Assembly: GCA_950097015.1 (NCBI GenBank)
Contig: CATNEN010000007.1
Coordinates: 9,734,001 to 9,798,000 of the forward strand
Source: Macrostomum hystrix
Taxonomy: Eukaryota; Animalia; Platyhelminthes
Length of the DNA stretch: 64,000 nucleotides
Reading direction: 5' to 3'
Shown here: positions 50,324-62,900 of the stretch, one piece after another
How the letters are laid out: the number at the start of each line of letters is the position of its first letter
Position numbering within the stretch: position 1 is the first letter of the stretch
Notes under the pieces: model-generated
Told to the model about the DNA's origin: nothing
Seen by the model: the letters and a program-made list of their open reading frames with translations, nothing else
Databases searched by the model: none
Program-made: the position numbers and the translations under genes

Positions 50324-50888
50324 ATTTCTCAGAATAGAATCGTCTCGGAAATCGTACCAAGGTGAAGGAAGAACACTCGGAAGATTTCTCAGAATGGAAT
50401 CGTCTCGGGAATCGTACCAAGGTGAAGGAAGAAGACTCGGAAGATTTCTCAGATCAGGATGGAATCGTCTCGGGAATCGTACCAATGTGAAGGAAGAAGA
50501 CTCGGAAGATTTCTCAGATCAGGATGGAATCGTCTCGGGAATCGTACCAATGTGAAGGAAGAACACTCGGAAGATTTCTCAGATCAGGATGGAATCGTCT
50601 CGGGAATCGTACTAAGGTAAAGGAAGAAGACTCGGAAGATTTCTCAGATCAGGATGGAATCGTCTCGGGAATCGTACCAATGTGAAGGAAGAACACTCGG
50701 AAGACTTCTCATAATGGAATCGTCTCGGGAATCTCACCAAGGCGAAGGAACAATGCTCGAAGATTTCTTGGAATGGAATCGTCTCGGGAATCGTACCAAG
50801 GCGAAGGAAGAACGCTCGGAAGATTTCTCAGAATGGAATCGTCTCGGAAATCGCGAAGGAAGAACACTCGAAAGATTTCTCAGAATAG
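50324..50888. repeat. ~57-62 bp tandem repeat (GGAATCGTCTCGGGAATCGTACCAAGGTGAAGGAAGAACACTCGGAAGATTTCTCAGA...)
   Basis: Direct reading. Confidence 0.92.
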
Positions 50889-51399
50889 AAATCAAGTAGA
50901 AATCAAGGACTGCAAGGGTGCCAGTTGAATGTGAATGCACTCGGGAGAAATAACAGACACTTTGTGATGACCCTCCCTTGATGCAATTTTGCCCTGAAGC
51001 TTAATAGGGCAGAAAGGAAATTCGAGCCATCAGCGATTGCAGAGGAAATCGCAAAGAAATACAGTTCTCATTGGTGAGTGCCTCGAGTCAGTGTCGGAGC
51101 GCCGCGTCTGTCGGTGAAACGCGTACAGGTTTGGAAATAACTGCTGCAGCTGCTGTGTACGTAGATCGAACCGATTGATTGAAGAAATTTGTAAAACTCT
51201 TGCGCAGACGCTTCCTATACACAAAATCGATAGCTGAAATAGAATTCGAGTTGAAGATAAATGCGAGCCGAATTCCCAGGGCTTTGAATGCTTCCTGTAT
51301 CGCTGCTGGCGCATTTCAATGCCGCAGTCGACAGTCAATAAATTGAGAGGCGCTGCGGGTGTGAGTTGAGTTCTACGCACTGAATTGATCAGCTCAGCA

Positions 51400-52154
51400 A
51401 GGCGCAATTACACCAAGCCACACGCCATCCTCATCAATGATCACCTGTTCAAAGCAGTTGGCGCGGACGGCAAAATTCCCGAAGACCAGCTCAACATAAG
51501 AGGCTCGAGGAAAAAGTGCATGAATTGGCGAAGAAACTGAAGGAAACTATGGATGAGGTGATCAACCTGCTGGTGGAGCTGTTAGAGTCCGACAACCCGG
51601 AAGCTCGTAGGCTGTGCGGAGCGGGCCAGTTCAGGTTTGCCTAATCGTGCCACCCGTGCCCGGTGGGCACCTACTCCAACATGGGCAGCAAACTGTGCAT
51701 CAACTGCCTGTGGGCCCATAGCGGCTGCACCAAGTGCTCTCCCTGCGCTCAAGGCACATTCGGCGCCTCGAGTTGCGAGGTGTGCCCGATCGACACGATC
51801 AGCGCGAATCTCGGACGGACGTCTTGCACGAAATGTCCAATCGGAACTAATGCCGCTGCCAGCTCCTCCCAATGTTCCGGGCCCACTTGCGACATGAACT
51901 TCTCTGTGATAAGAGAGGAAAGTGCCAGCCCAGCCCGGACTCCGGCGCCAGCCGGGACGATTCCACCTGCTACCGTGAGTGCTGTTCTAATGCGGCGCCT
52001 CTACAATTAGCCTGAAATTCCAGCTGATGTACCCGTCGGGTACATCTATCTGCCAGTCGGGAAATGCTGGATCGACAAGGTCAACACCAAATCCTACAAC
52101 ATCGTCAGCTGCAACTTCAACGACGTGAGCGTTGTGAAGGTCTCGTGCTCGTAA
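51400..52154 (+). pseudogene. Disrupted gene for a helical plus CxxCPxGT(Y/F) Cys-rich (GCC2/GCC3, ephrin-receptor-like) repeat protein
   Basis: ..KRLEEKVHELAKKLKETMDEVINLLVELLE..LCGAGQFRFA*SCHPCPVGTYS..CSPCAQGTF..CEVCPIDT..CTKCPIGT. In-frame TAA at 51642-51644; frameshifts near 51497 and 51913; intron 51975-52023; last exon DVPVGYIYLPVGKCW..VSCS*. Confidence 0.7.
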
Positions 52155-52754
52155 AGTTTTTCGAAGTGAGCACTGGCGGTGGGGTCCCAGATCAAACTAA
52201 CATATCGGAGTGTCACACACAGCTGAAAAAATAAACTGATAAACTGTCGAGCTTGCCCTTTGTGGCAGCCAGTTTGTTGCACCTTTCACCTGCGGTTGGA
52301 TTCAAACAGTTCATAGTTGGGAACTTCTACGCGGAAATCTGTCCTCTACCCTTCTCCACTGCAAATCCCAGGATTGGCTAGTCATGGCTCCCCACCCCTT
52401 TCTCACGCAGCTTAAATGTCAAAAATGTAAGCCCAGAAGCTGAGCCGCAGAACCCGCTCAGCGCTGCCATCGGCATCGAATCAGGTGAGTGAGCTCGGTC
52501 TCTGGCACAAGAAATATTTAGCACTTGCGAAAATTGGTCATAATTATTAGCGCAGTCCATCAGTTCTCCCGGAGAGATCAAGAAATGCCTCTCGAGAAAC
52601 CAATTGTGAGATTAGCGCTGACAGCCGCTTTGAAGCATTGATGAACCAGGAACCCGCTCCGACCCACATATACTCTGTCAACCTGCACCTGAGCTTCTCA
52701 TCCTTGCGGGTCTTAAATGAGACTACCATTTATAACATTCAATCACCAGAATCA

Positions 52755-54348
52755 GTTAGAATCGGAGCAGGACAGTCGGGTTAGAATCGAAGCAAGTGAG
52801 TTGGGTTAGAATCGAAGCAGGAGAATCGGGTTAGAATCGAAGCAGGTCAGTCGGGTTAGAATCGAAGCAGGTGAGTCGGGTTAGAATCGAAGCAGGACAG
52901 TCGGATTAGAATCGAAGCAGGACAGTCGGGTTAGAATCGAAGCAGGACAGTCGGGTTAGAATCGAAGCAGGTGAGTCGGGTTAGAATCGAAGCAGGTGAG
53001 TCGGGTTAGAATCGAAGCAGGAGAGTCGGCTTAGAATCGAAGCAAGAGAACCGGGTTAGAATCGAAGCAGGAGAGTCGGATTAGAATCGAAGCAGGAGAG
53101 TTGGGTTAGAATCGAAGCAAGAGAACCGGGTTAGAATCGAAGCAGTTGAGTCGGGTTAGAATCGAAGCAGGTGAGTCGGGTTAGAATCGAAGCAGGAGAG
53201 TCGGCTTAGAATCGAAGCAAGAGAACCGGGTTAGAATCGAAGCAGGAGAGTCGGCTTAGAATCGAAGCAAGAGAACCGGGTTAGAATCGAAGCAGGAGAG
53301 TCGGATTAGAATCGAAGCAGGAGAGTTGGGTTAGAATCGAAGCAAGAGAACCGGGTTAGAATCGAAGCAGTTGAGTCGGGTTAGAATCGAAGCAGGTGAG
53401 TCGGGTTAGAATCGAAGCAGGAGAGTCGGCTTAGAATCGAAGCAAGAGAACCGGGTTAGAATCGAAGCAGGTGAGTCGGGTTAGAATTGAAGCAGGAGAG
53501 TCGGCTTAGAATCGAAGCAAGAGAACCGGGTTAGAATCGAAGCAGGACAGTCGGGTTAGAATCGAAGCAGGACAGTCTGGTTAGAATCCAAGCAGTTGAG
53601 TCGGGTTAGAATCGAAGCAGTTGAGTCGGGTTAGAATCCAAGCAGTTGAGTCTGGTTAGAATCCAAGCAGTTGAGTAGGGTTAGAATCGAAGCAGGTGAG
53701 TCTGGTTAGAATCCAAGCAGTTGAGTAGGGTTAGAATCCAAGCAGTTGAGTCTGGTTAGAATCCAAGCAGTTGAGTCTGGTTAGAATCCAAGCAGTTGAG
53801 TCGGGTTAGAATCGAAGCAGTTGAGTCGGGTTAGAATCCAAGCAGTTGAGTCTGGTTAGAATCCAAGCAGTTGAGTCGGGTTAGAATCGAAGCAGGTGAG
53901 TCGGGTTAGAATCGAAGCAGGAGAGTCGGCTTAGAATCGAAGCAAGAGAACCGGGTTAGAATCGAAGCAGGTGAGTCGGGTTAGAATCGAAGCAGGAGAG
54001 TCGGCTTAGAATCGAAGCAAGAGAACCGGGTTAGATTCGAAGCAGGTGAGTCGGGTTAGAATCGAAGCAGGAGAGTCGGCTTAGAATCGAAGCAAGAGAA
54101 CCGGGTTAGAATCGAAGCAGGACAGCCGGGTTAGAATCGAAGCAGGACAGTCGGGTTAGAATCGAAGCAGGACAGTCTGGTTAGAATCCAAGCAGGTGAG
54201 TCGGGTTAGAATCGAAGCAGGAGAATCGGGTTAGAATCGAAGCAGGACAGTCGGGTTAGAATCGAAGCAGGACAGTCGGGTTAGAATCGAAGTAGGACAG
54301 TCGGGTTAGAATCGAAGCAGGAGAATCGGGTTAGAATCGAAGCAGGAG
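52755..54348. repeat. 25-bp minisatellite (GGTTAGAATCGAAGCAG + variable segment), ~63 units
   Basis: Direct reading; variant units recur in higher-order patterns. Confidence 0.97.
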
Positions 54349-55141
54349 AAGATAATGTTTATGAGGAACGTGCCTAACCCAGCCGTAAAGCAGCTCGGGG
54401 GAGGGGCAAATGAAGATGTATTGGCCGGCAAGGCCAGCGCCTGTTGATCCAGCTCAGCCTCATCACCGGGTCCGGCATTAGAGAAAGGCGGGGCAGCCGG
54501 GCACGGACGGACTCAGTCTGAGAAACTCTAGGGAAAATAGCGCTCAGAGGAAATGGCCGCGGTGGCAGCCGGCGAACCGTGAGATCCCGGACAGAGTGCT
54601 CGGCGGTCCGCTCGTGCTTTTGAATGATGAGCGATTCGCTCAGGACTGATGACAGAAGCTCGTGCGTCACCGGGGCGGGGCGCCGAGCAATATTTAGCTT
54701 GCCTCGGCCTTTGTAACTGCCACCGAGCAGCTGCTACCCAAACCTGTCATTCGAGGTCGCCCGGCTGCTCGCAGCCTGTGATTAAAGGGGAGGGGCGGGC
54801 GAGAGGAGCTCCGTTTTTTGCCCTCCTTCCGTCTTCTCCGCCCTGTCTCCTTCGCATTAGTGAGGCCGGCTGTTGTGTCTTTTTCCCAGCTTGCCATTTT
54901 TGGTCACCTGCCGTACCGGACAATTAGAAGGCCCAGAAATACCCGGCTGTGTGCGGTGATCTGCCCCCCCTCTAATCAGCTTTGCACTTGCGCGAGAAAC
55001 CCGACGGTGAGATGCAAAGTTGGACTGCTCGGACTAAGGTTTTTCAATCTGATGCCATATGATGCCAGAGGCTGGCGCGGAACCTCTGGATTTATGCGAT
55101 GCAAGCGGACATTTTGGAAAGGGACAGAGACAATCCTGAAG

Positions 55142-55460
55142 GATTGAGATGGGATCAGAGATTGAGAAGGGATCAGAGATTGGAAATTGGGATCAGAGAT
55201 CGGGAATTGGGATCAGAGATTGAGATGGGATCAGAGATTGAGATGGGATCAGAGATGGGGAATTGGGATCAGAGATTGGGAAGGGATCAGAGATTGAGAT
55301 GGGATCAGAAATTGAGAAGGGATCAGAGATGGGGAAGGGATCAGAGATTGCGAAGGGATAGAGATTGAGATGGGATCAGAGAATGGGAAGGAGTCAGAGA
55401 TGGGGAAGGGATCAGAGATGGGGAATTAGGATCAGAGATTGTGAAGGGATCAGAGATGGA
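55142..55460. repeat. 18/24-bp purine-rich repeat (GGGATCAGAGATTGAGAT variants)
   Basis: Direct reading. Confidence 0.9.
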
Positions 55461-55967
55461 AAAGGGAGCAGCGAAGCGGAGATGAAAAGCTGAAAATGAA
55501 AATTACCAGTTGCGTGAGGAAAAGCCAAGAGAGTTGAAGAAGAGAGCTGATGAGTGCCAGGTTAGATAAAAATACTCTAGGGCTCAAAGCGGCGCTCATT
55601 CAAAAGACTCAGTGGCTGAGGCGGAGCTGCTGCAGGCGCCCTATATTTAGGGTATCGAAGCTGCCGACCTGCACGCGAGGCCTCCCTGCCCTGCCGAGTA
55701 GCCGCCTCCGACAGTGCGAGCCGGACTGGGCAACACGTTGCGAAGAGAGTTCTATTTTAAGCACTCGATGCGTCAGAACTGCACTTATTATCCGATGCAG
55801 CAACTCGAAGTAAAATTCTCACTTCAAATCACACTTAAAAGCACTAGGATTCATTAAACCTGCTTCCTCTGTCACGTACACAGTATTGCCTCAGGATTTC
55901 TAACACTCCCATCCCACGCCACGCTATTCCGCCTTCTGCCCGCCACAGGCTCCAAGCCACCAAGTCG

Positions 55968-57644
55968 ATGGATTCAGAACAGCCGCCGCCGCAGCCGTCA
56001 GGACTCGCCATCCGCGAGCTGCTGCGCGCCCACCGTGACTCGCTGCACAACCAGCCCCTCAGCATCTTCATCACGGTCGGCCTCCTCCTGGTGGCCACAG
56101 CCGGCACCGCCGGCAACGCACTGGTCATCGGCTTCTTCAGCCGCACCCTGAAGGACTGGCCCTCGAATGTGTACGTCATCGCCCTGGCCACTATCGACCT
56201 GCTGATCTGCTGCCTGGTCATCCCCGCCACGCTCTACCAGGACGTCTGGTTGGGCGCCAGCACCGACGCCTCCTGCAAGGCGCTGCACCTGCTGAGAAGC
56301 TGCCTGATCCCAGCCTCCGCCTGCCTGCTCTGCCTCATTGCCGTGGACCGCTTCCTCCTCATCTGCTTCGTGCCAGCCGTGCAAATCCAGCCGCGCGGCG
56401 CCGCCTTTTGGATCGCCTTCTCCGTGCTGCTCGGCTGCCTGGTCGGCGTGCCAGTAGGCTTGTCCACGGGCACCCGCAAGTCCATCCAGGTGCAGCTGCT
56501 GGACGACGAGTCGGCCGCGTCGACGCTACCAACTGAGTCCTTGACCGGAACCGCCGAGCCAATTGTGGAGGTAGTCTTCTACGGCGATCGCTGCGTTGGT
56601 GACAGCTCGCTGATCGGGAGCGGCCGCCTCAGTCACTTCAAAATGGCTCTCAGCTGCCTTTTTGGCCTCAGCCTGGTCACCGTCGTGGCCTTCTATGCCC
56701 GCATCTTCACTTTCGTTCGTCGTCGTCAGATGCGATGGCGCCGCGCTTCGCGCGCCCTGCGTAGCAGCAGCGCCGCCAGCGCCTCGGTGGCAACTACCAC
56801 AGTCACGGGAACATCCAGCCGGTGCAGACGACGCCTTTCAAGCAGAGTATCCCGCCGCGGCGCCGGCGAGGAACAACCAAACGAAGCGCCATCAACCGCA
56901 GTCGCTGCCAATACGAGCGTCAGCCAGAAGTCTGGATGCGGCCGTCTCAGCGTGCCGCAGTTGGGGCTGACGCCACGCAAGAGCAGCAGCTGGAGCCCCA
57001 TGACCATCGCTGACGGTGCCGCTCCGACCGCAGCCGTCCATGCGGAATGTGGAGCCGGCGCCTCAGTCGAGTCGCGCAGCCTGGTAGCTCTGCCGCATGC
57101 CGAGAGCGACTGCGAGGGCTACGCGGCCGAGGAGGAGGAGGAGGAGGACGAGTTCGCCGAGACGGTGACCGGCCTCCGCCGTCCGGTGGGCCGAGGCAGC
57201 GGTCGACGCAGCCGTCGCCGCCATCGCCGCTGCCTGGACGAGCGCCGGCGGAAGAAGCCGCACATCAAGACAGCGAAGATGCTGGCCGTCATCACATTCT
57301 TCTACGTGCTGTCCTACCTGCCGTTTCTGGTGGTTTTTAACAGCCCCTATATCGCCGGCGCCTTCAAGTCGGAGACTCTCAGTGACCCGGTCTCTGGTAG
57401 GCCCAACAGCAACGCGAGCGTCCCCGTCAGCGGCTTGTCATGGAATTCAACGGGACACTCAGGACCGCACGCGGACGCCGCCGATGCCAGCTCGTTCTGG
57501 CGAGGCCTGCGCCGCATTCTCGGCCAGACGTTTTTCTATTTCTACTTTATCAACCACGGCGCCAACCCGGTGATCTACGGCTGCATGAACACCTACTTCA
57601 GACAGCACGTGGGCGCCCTGTGCGGCTCTGTCAAGCGCTGCTGA
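55968..57644 (+). CDS. Class A (rhodopsin-like) GPCR, single exon, 558 aa, peptide-receptor-like orphan
   Basis: TM1 GTAGNALV, TM2 LATIDLL..P, TM3 CK..IAVDRF, TM5 ..FYARI, TM6 KTAKML..F..SYLP, TM7 INHGANPVIY.. plus helix 8 F-R; very long third intracellular loop. Confidence 0.95.
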   Translation: MDSEQPPPQPSGLAIRELLRAHRDSLHNQPLSIFITVGLLLVATAGTAGNALVIGFFSRTLKDWPSNVYVIALATIDLLICCLVIPATLYQDVWLGASTDASCKALHLLRSCLIPASACLLCLIAVDRFLLICFVPAVQIQPRGAAFWIAFSVLLGCLVGVPVGLSTGTRKSIQVQLLDDESAASTLPTESLTGTAEPIVEVVFYGDRCVGDSSLIGSGRLSHFKMALSCLFGLSLVTVVAFYARIFTFVRRRQMRWRRASRALRSSSAASASVATTTVTGTSSRCRRRLSSRVSRRGAGEEQPNEAPSTAVAANTSVSQKSGCGRLSVPQLGLTPRKSSSWSPMTIADGAAPTAAVHAECGAGASVESRSLVALPHAESDCEGYAAEEEEEEDEFAETVTGLRRPVGRGSGRRSRRRHRRCLDERRRKKPHIKTAKMLAVITFFYVLSYLPFLVVFNSPYIAGAFKSETLSDPVSGRPNSNASVPVSGLSWNSTGHSGPHADAADASSFWRGLRRILGQTFFYFYFINHGANPVIYGCMNTYFRQHVGALCGSVKRC

Positions 57645-58196
57645 AGCGGTGTGCAAGAGCTGTGGTGACTGCAGTACACTGCCTGCAGCCCGCAGTGTAC
57701 TTCAGTTGGGAAGAATGGAGGCTGGGAAACGCTGAAGTTAAATTTCTCATCTTATTTACCTACGATCATACAATTACTTATTCTCATCAAAGAAATCAAA
57801 TACTCTCGTTCCACAGAGCTTTATCATTCAACGGCCATAAAAAATGCCGATAGCAATGTAAATGCAGCCTTCATTATTCAAGAAAAACTCTTTCGATTTT
57901 TCCGAATAGAATTGGAACGGTGTGAAATAGAAATGGAACGGAATGGAGGTACATTCAGAAGCCAGCAGTAGTTACACAGAACTCGGAGTATATTCGCTGC
58001 ACCATCGTCCCATTGTCATAGCAACAAGGTTTAGTAACTTTTACGCTCGTAGTAATAGCAGCGATGTGACAGCTTAATTGCGCATGGACTGGCTGCAAGA
58101 AAATACATTGTGTGCATTGTCTCATTACTTGCTTCTTTTAAGTTATGATTGTAATCATAAAACGTCCGTGCCGATTAGAGCTGGGGATCCGAAAGG

Positions 58197-59527
58197 CAGT
58201 ACTTAAACTGGATATCCAAGACAGTACTCCAACTGGATATCCAAGACAGTACTCCAACTGGATATCCAAGACAGTACTCCAACTGGATATCCAAGACAGT
58301 ACTCCAACTGGATATCCAAGACAGTAGTTCAACTAGATATCCAAGACAGTACTCCAACTGGATATCCAAGACAGTACTCCAACTGGATATCCAAGACAGT
58401 ACTCCAACTGGATATACAAGACAGTACTCCAACTGGATATACAAGACAGTAGTTCAACTAGATATCCAAGACAGTACTCCAACTGGATATCCAAGACAGT
58501 ACTTAAACTGGATATCCAAGACAGTACTCCAACTGGATATCCAAGACAGTACTCCAACAGGATATCCAAGACAGTACTCCAACTGGATATCCAAGACAGT
58601 ACTCCAACTGGATATCCAAGACAGTACTCCAACTGGATATCCAAGACAGTACTCCAACTGGATATCCAAGACAGTACTCCAACTGGATATCCAAGACAGT
58701 ACTCCAACAGGATATCCAAGACAGTACTCAAACAAAATATCAAAGACAGTACTCCAACTGAATATCCAAGACAGTACTCTAACTGGATATCCAAGACAGT
58801 ACTCCAACTGGATATCCAAGACAGTACTCAAACAAAATATCCAAGACAGTACTCCAACTGGATATCCAAGACAGTACTCAAACAAAATATCCAAGACAGT
58901 ACTCCAACTGGATGTCCAAGACAGTACTCCAACTGGATATCTAAGACAATACTCTAACTGAATATCCAAGACAGTACTCCAACTGGATATCCAAGACAGT
59001 ACTCCAACGGGATATCCAAACAGTACGCAAACAGGATATCTAAGACTGTACTCAAACAAAATATCAAAGACAATACTCCAACTGGATATCCAAGACAGTA
59101 CTCCAACTGGATATCCAAGACAGTACTCAAACAAAATATCAAAGACAGTACTCCAACTGGATATCCAAGACAGTACTCCAACTGGATATCCAAGACAGTA
59201 CTCCAACTGGATATCCAAACAGTACGCAAACAGGATATCCAAGACAGTACTCCAACAGGATATCCAAGACAGTACTCCAACTGGATATCCAAACAGTACG
59301 CAAACAGGATATCCAAGACAGTACTCCAACTGGATATACAAGACAGTACTCCAACTAGATATCCAAGACAGTACTCCAACTGGATATCCAAGACAGTACT
59401 CAAACAAAATATCAAAGACAGTACTCCAACTGGATATCCAAGACAGTACTCCAACTGGATATCCAAGACAGTACTCCACAGGGATATCCAAACAGTACGC
59501 AAACAGGATATCTAAGACTGTACTCAA
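58197..59527. repeat. 25-bp minisatellite (ACTGGATATCCAAGACAGTACTCCA)n, ~53 units
   Basis: Direct reading; contains palindromes TGGATATCCA and AGTACT. Confidence 0.97.
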
Positions 59528-59992
59528 AGTAATGGTCTGAGACTAGTTAAACTATGGACTCAAATAATCTGTTGATCGGCCAGCAACAGGGAGACATAGA
59601 AGAACAGAAAGTCTGCACCAAGTTTCTCAGTACATCTGAGCATGTATTATAACACAAGGACAAGAATAAAGAACATGTTCTACAGTGTATTTGTCTTGAA
59701 TGGCTCATTCATTGAAGAAATAAAAACATCTGTAAAATAGTGTAATATCGCAACTGTATATTCAAATGTTCATGTATAGGAGGCACCGACAGCGCCTCGG
59801 ACATTGGAACAGGAAAATAGCAGGCAAATAGCGAACTCATCGAAATGGAATGGAAGAATTCTTAGCAAACACGCAATTTCCTGATACTCAATCAGCAAAG
59901 CACAGCCAGGTGTGACGGACAGTTACCAACATGTACAGCACACAGACAGGCACAGTGGAACGAAGCCGATTTGAAGCGAGCTCAGGCATTGC

Positions 59993-62900
59993 TCATTTGC
60001 GGATCAGGCCGACCAGCCTGCTGCGCTTTATCTGCTGGTAGGAGCTGGTGGCGGGGCCCAGGTCTGCAAGGGAGGCGGGAAGGCGACTTAAAAGCTTGCC
60101 ACAGAAGCAACATCATAAAGAGAAGATATTCAGTGCAAGGTGGGAGCCAGTGGCACTCACGCAGCGAGTTGGCAGTGCGCATCGCGGGTGCCGCCTCGTA
60201 CAGGGCATCCAACTCGGCAGGGGCCACTGATGCGCCAGTCGCCGCCAGCGCCCGGCCGTGGATGCCGTGAATACCGCGGTGCCGATGGTGCAGGCCGGAG
60301 TTGGCGCGGGGCCCGCCTGCCCGACCGCCGCCGCCGAAGTGGGCGCCCGCAGACGGAGTTGGCCAGTCAAGGGAAGAGTAGACTCCGGGCCGGCCGCCGC
60401 TGCCGGGCCTGACGGATGCGGCTGCACCAGCCCGAAGCAGCGGATGATGCGGCTGCGACGCCTGCTGGGCCTGCAGTGGACCCCGTCGGTCGTGCAGGGG
60501 TGGCAGGGTGCCGGACCGCGTGAACGCGGCAAACAGCCCGGCATGCTGTGGATGATGTTGCGGGTGCAGAGGCAGTTGCGGCTGCTGGTGATGAAGCAGC
60601 GGCTGCTGAAGGTGCTGCCCTCCGTAGCGCTGTTGCTGCTGCGGGGTCTTTGGCCGATCGACGGGCGCCAGCCGGCCGGGTGGGCGGCGACCAAAGCCGC
60701 TGACGGAAGCGGTGGCAGACGGAGCGACTGTAGCCAACTGCAAGGGGAGCTCTGAGCGCTGCTGTAGCGTCTTGCTACTGATGCTGAGAAGGCCAGCCAG
60801 GTCGCTAGGCAGGCGCGGATCGACTGCAACTCCAGCAGCTGAGACAGCCTGGCGGCTGTGCCGCTGCTGAAAGCCTGGTCCGATGCGGTGAAGCGGGCCC
60901 GCCGGCTCGTCTTCTTCGTCGCTAACTGTCTCGTCATCCTCATCGTCGTCTCGAGCTCCGCCGCGCTGCGGCTGCTGGGAGAATCGCCGGCTGCGCCTAA
61001 CTCGCTCAAGAAAGAGCGGCCTCGACCAGGCGACAAGGCGGGCCCACAGCGAGTCGAAGGCGGCGCATTGCGCAGCATCGCGAAGGGCCAGGCTCGGCGT
61101 AACAGGCTGCTGCGGTGCCACTGAGCGGCTGCGGCGAGGCGCTGGGCACTGCGGCTCGTCACCGGCGGCGCCGTCATCAATGGCGATGGCCTCCTCGACG
61201 CAGCCCTCTTGGGCGAGCAGCTCTTCGAGGTCGGCCGCCGCTGGTTGGAGGTCGTCGACGGATGGCCGGCGAACCGCGAGGGCGCGGCCGATGATCTGCA
61301 GCCTGCAGAGAAGACGGACATTGTTTGTGAATTAGACTACTGCGATCCCCACCTTGACGCGGCTCGTGACAGTGAGAAAGTCTATAAGGTATAAGAGTAT
61401 AAGGTAAGAACACCCAGGGCTTACTTTTAGCTCTGCGCGTTTTATAAAGTCGGCCGTCGGCCGTCGGCCGTTAAAGAAGGTATAATCACACTAGATGTAA
61501 AACATACTACTACAAGTAGCTCGTAGTATATTTTAGCTACTTTAGCTACTACTACGCAAAACAGAACGCAATTTCAGTGGCTGCCCACAGTGGATGCATT
61601 CCAATCGATACTAAATCCTTGCTCTCACAGCTTCCTAGTTTCCAGCCTTTGTTGGCACCATTTACAAGGGCACTGAGCAACACAACTTAAGCGGAGACTG
61701 GGAGCTGAAGTGATAGGAAGGCTTGGGAAGTTTAACTAAAGGTGGAGAGTTGGGGACATTGAGTAGAAAGTCTCCAAGCACAATGATGCTAGTAGACGCA
61801 GCACAGGCTGGCTAGCGGTGTGGCCGAGGCGGCCTGGGCCACTAAAACTCTCCCAGCCCATTCTAGATTGACAGCTGCCAGCTAACACGTGTACGGCAGA
61901 CATTTATATTCCCACCTGGGATCTAGTCCCGGCAGCTCACACCTGGCCGGGCCTGATCTTATACTAGGCTATAAATAGATTCCCAGTCTCTGAGGGCAGC
62001 ATTAAAATTGCAGCGGATCAGACGTCGACGCGCGACCGGATCAAGCAGCTCAATGTGTAAAAAGTGCAAGCCCGGGCTGATGTCTGCTTCATGGGCTCAG
62101 GTGTGAAAACCAGCGCTTACTACTGGGCTTTATGGAGATGGGAGAATGGGATGCGTGGGATAATCCTGGAGTTGGTACAATTGGACAACTGATGGAAAAA
62201 TATCAAGTGACAGAATGAGTGAAAAAAATCAAAAGAAATTGGTTCTAAAGACCCTCACCCAGCGTCCGTCAGGTCCGTTGCCGCCTGGTCGTCAGCCGGC
62301 CTGGGCGTGGCCTCATCGGAGGTCGGCGGCAGAGGCGCCGGCGCCGGCCGGTGGGAGAAGCCGGGCTCCCTTGGCGCTGCCAGCTGGCTGCCGCGCAGCC
62401 GAAGGTGAGGGAATGCGGAGCGCCACTCGGCGCACTCCTCTAAGGTTACGGCAGGCGGCGGCTGGGCAGGCGAAGCGAATGGCTCCTGTCGGTAGAGCAG
62501 GCTGTCGATCTGCTCGAACAGGTCGTTCACCCGCTGGGCCGCGATCAGCTCGTATTCCTGGGAGGGCGGGGGCGACATGCTGACATGGGTTTGATTCTCT
62601 CAATAGTGTGCGAGGGCCCATGAGGAGTGGAGTGGGAGCCGGTCAGCAGGCTGAAGGACCCGATGGCAGGGAGCCGGTCAGCAGGCTGAAGGACCCGATG
62701 GCAGGGAACTGGTCAGCAGGCTGAAGTACCCGATGGAAGGGAGCTGGTCAGCAGGCTGAAGTACCAGATGGCGGGAGCTGGTCAGCAGGCTGAAGTACCC
62801 GATGGCAGGGAGCTGGTCAGCAGGCTGAAGTACCCGATGGCAGGTAGGCCGAAAGAGGGAAAGTAGGGGTCCGCCCTGAACAAGCGGAGGTAAGCAGAGG

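Noticed and set aside
52755-54348. CRISPR-like look (constant part plus variable segment); some units contain CAG|GTGAGT
   Set aside because: Variable parts are ~8-10 nt and recur, there are no cas genes, and the context is eukaryotic. No exon could be linked to the donor-like motifs.
22431-57644. Ligand-receptor pairing of the neuropeptide or ILPs with the GPCR as one linked system
   Set aside because: More than 30 kb apart with unrelated genes in between; linkage does not predict pairing in animals, and the GPCR lacks the LRR ectodomain of relaxin-type LGR receptors.
58012-58025. X-box-like ATTGTCATAGCAAC (and a weaker match near 764-777)
   Set aside because: Imperfect matches located downstream of genes with no ciliary gene start nearby.
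60113-61321. 402-aa overlapping minus-strand ORF, and the many antisense ORFs over the ATPase, VWA and GPCR exons
   Set aside because: Shadow frames of GC3-rich coding exons; the conserved motifs are in the other frame.
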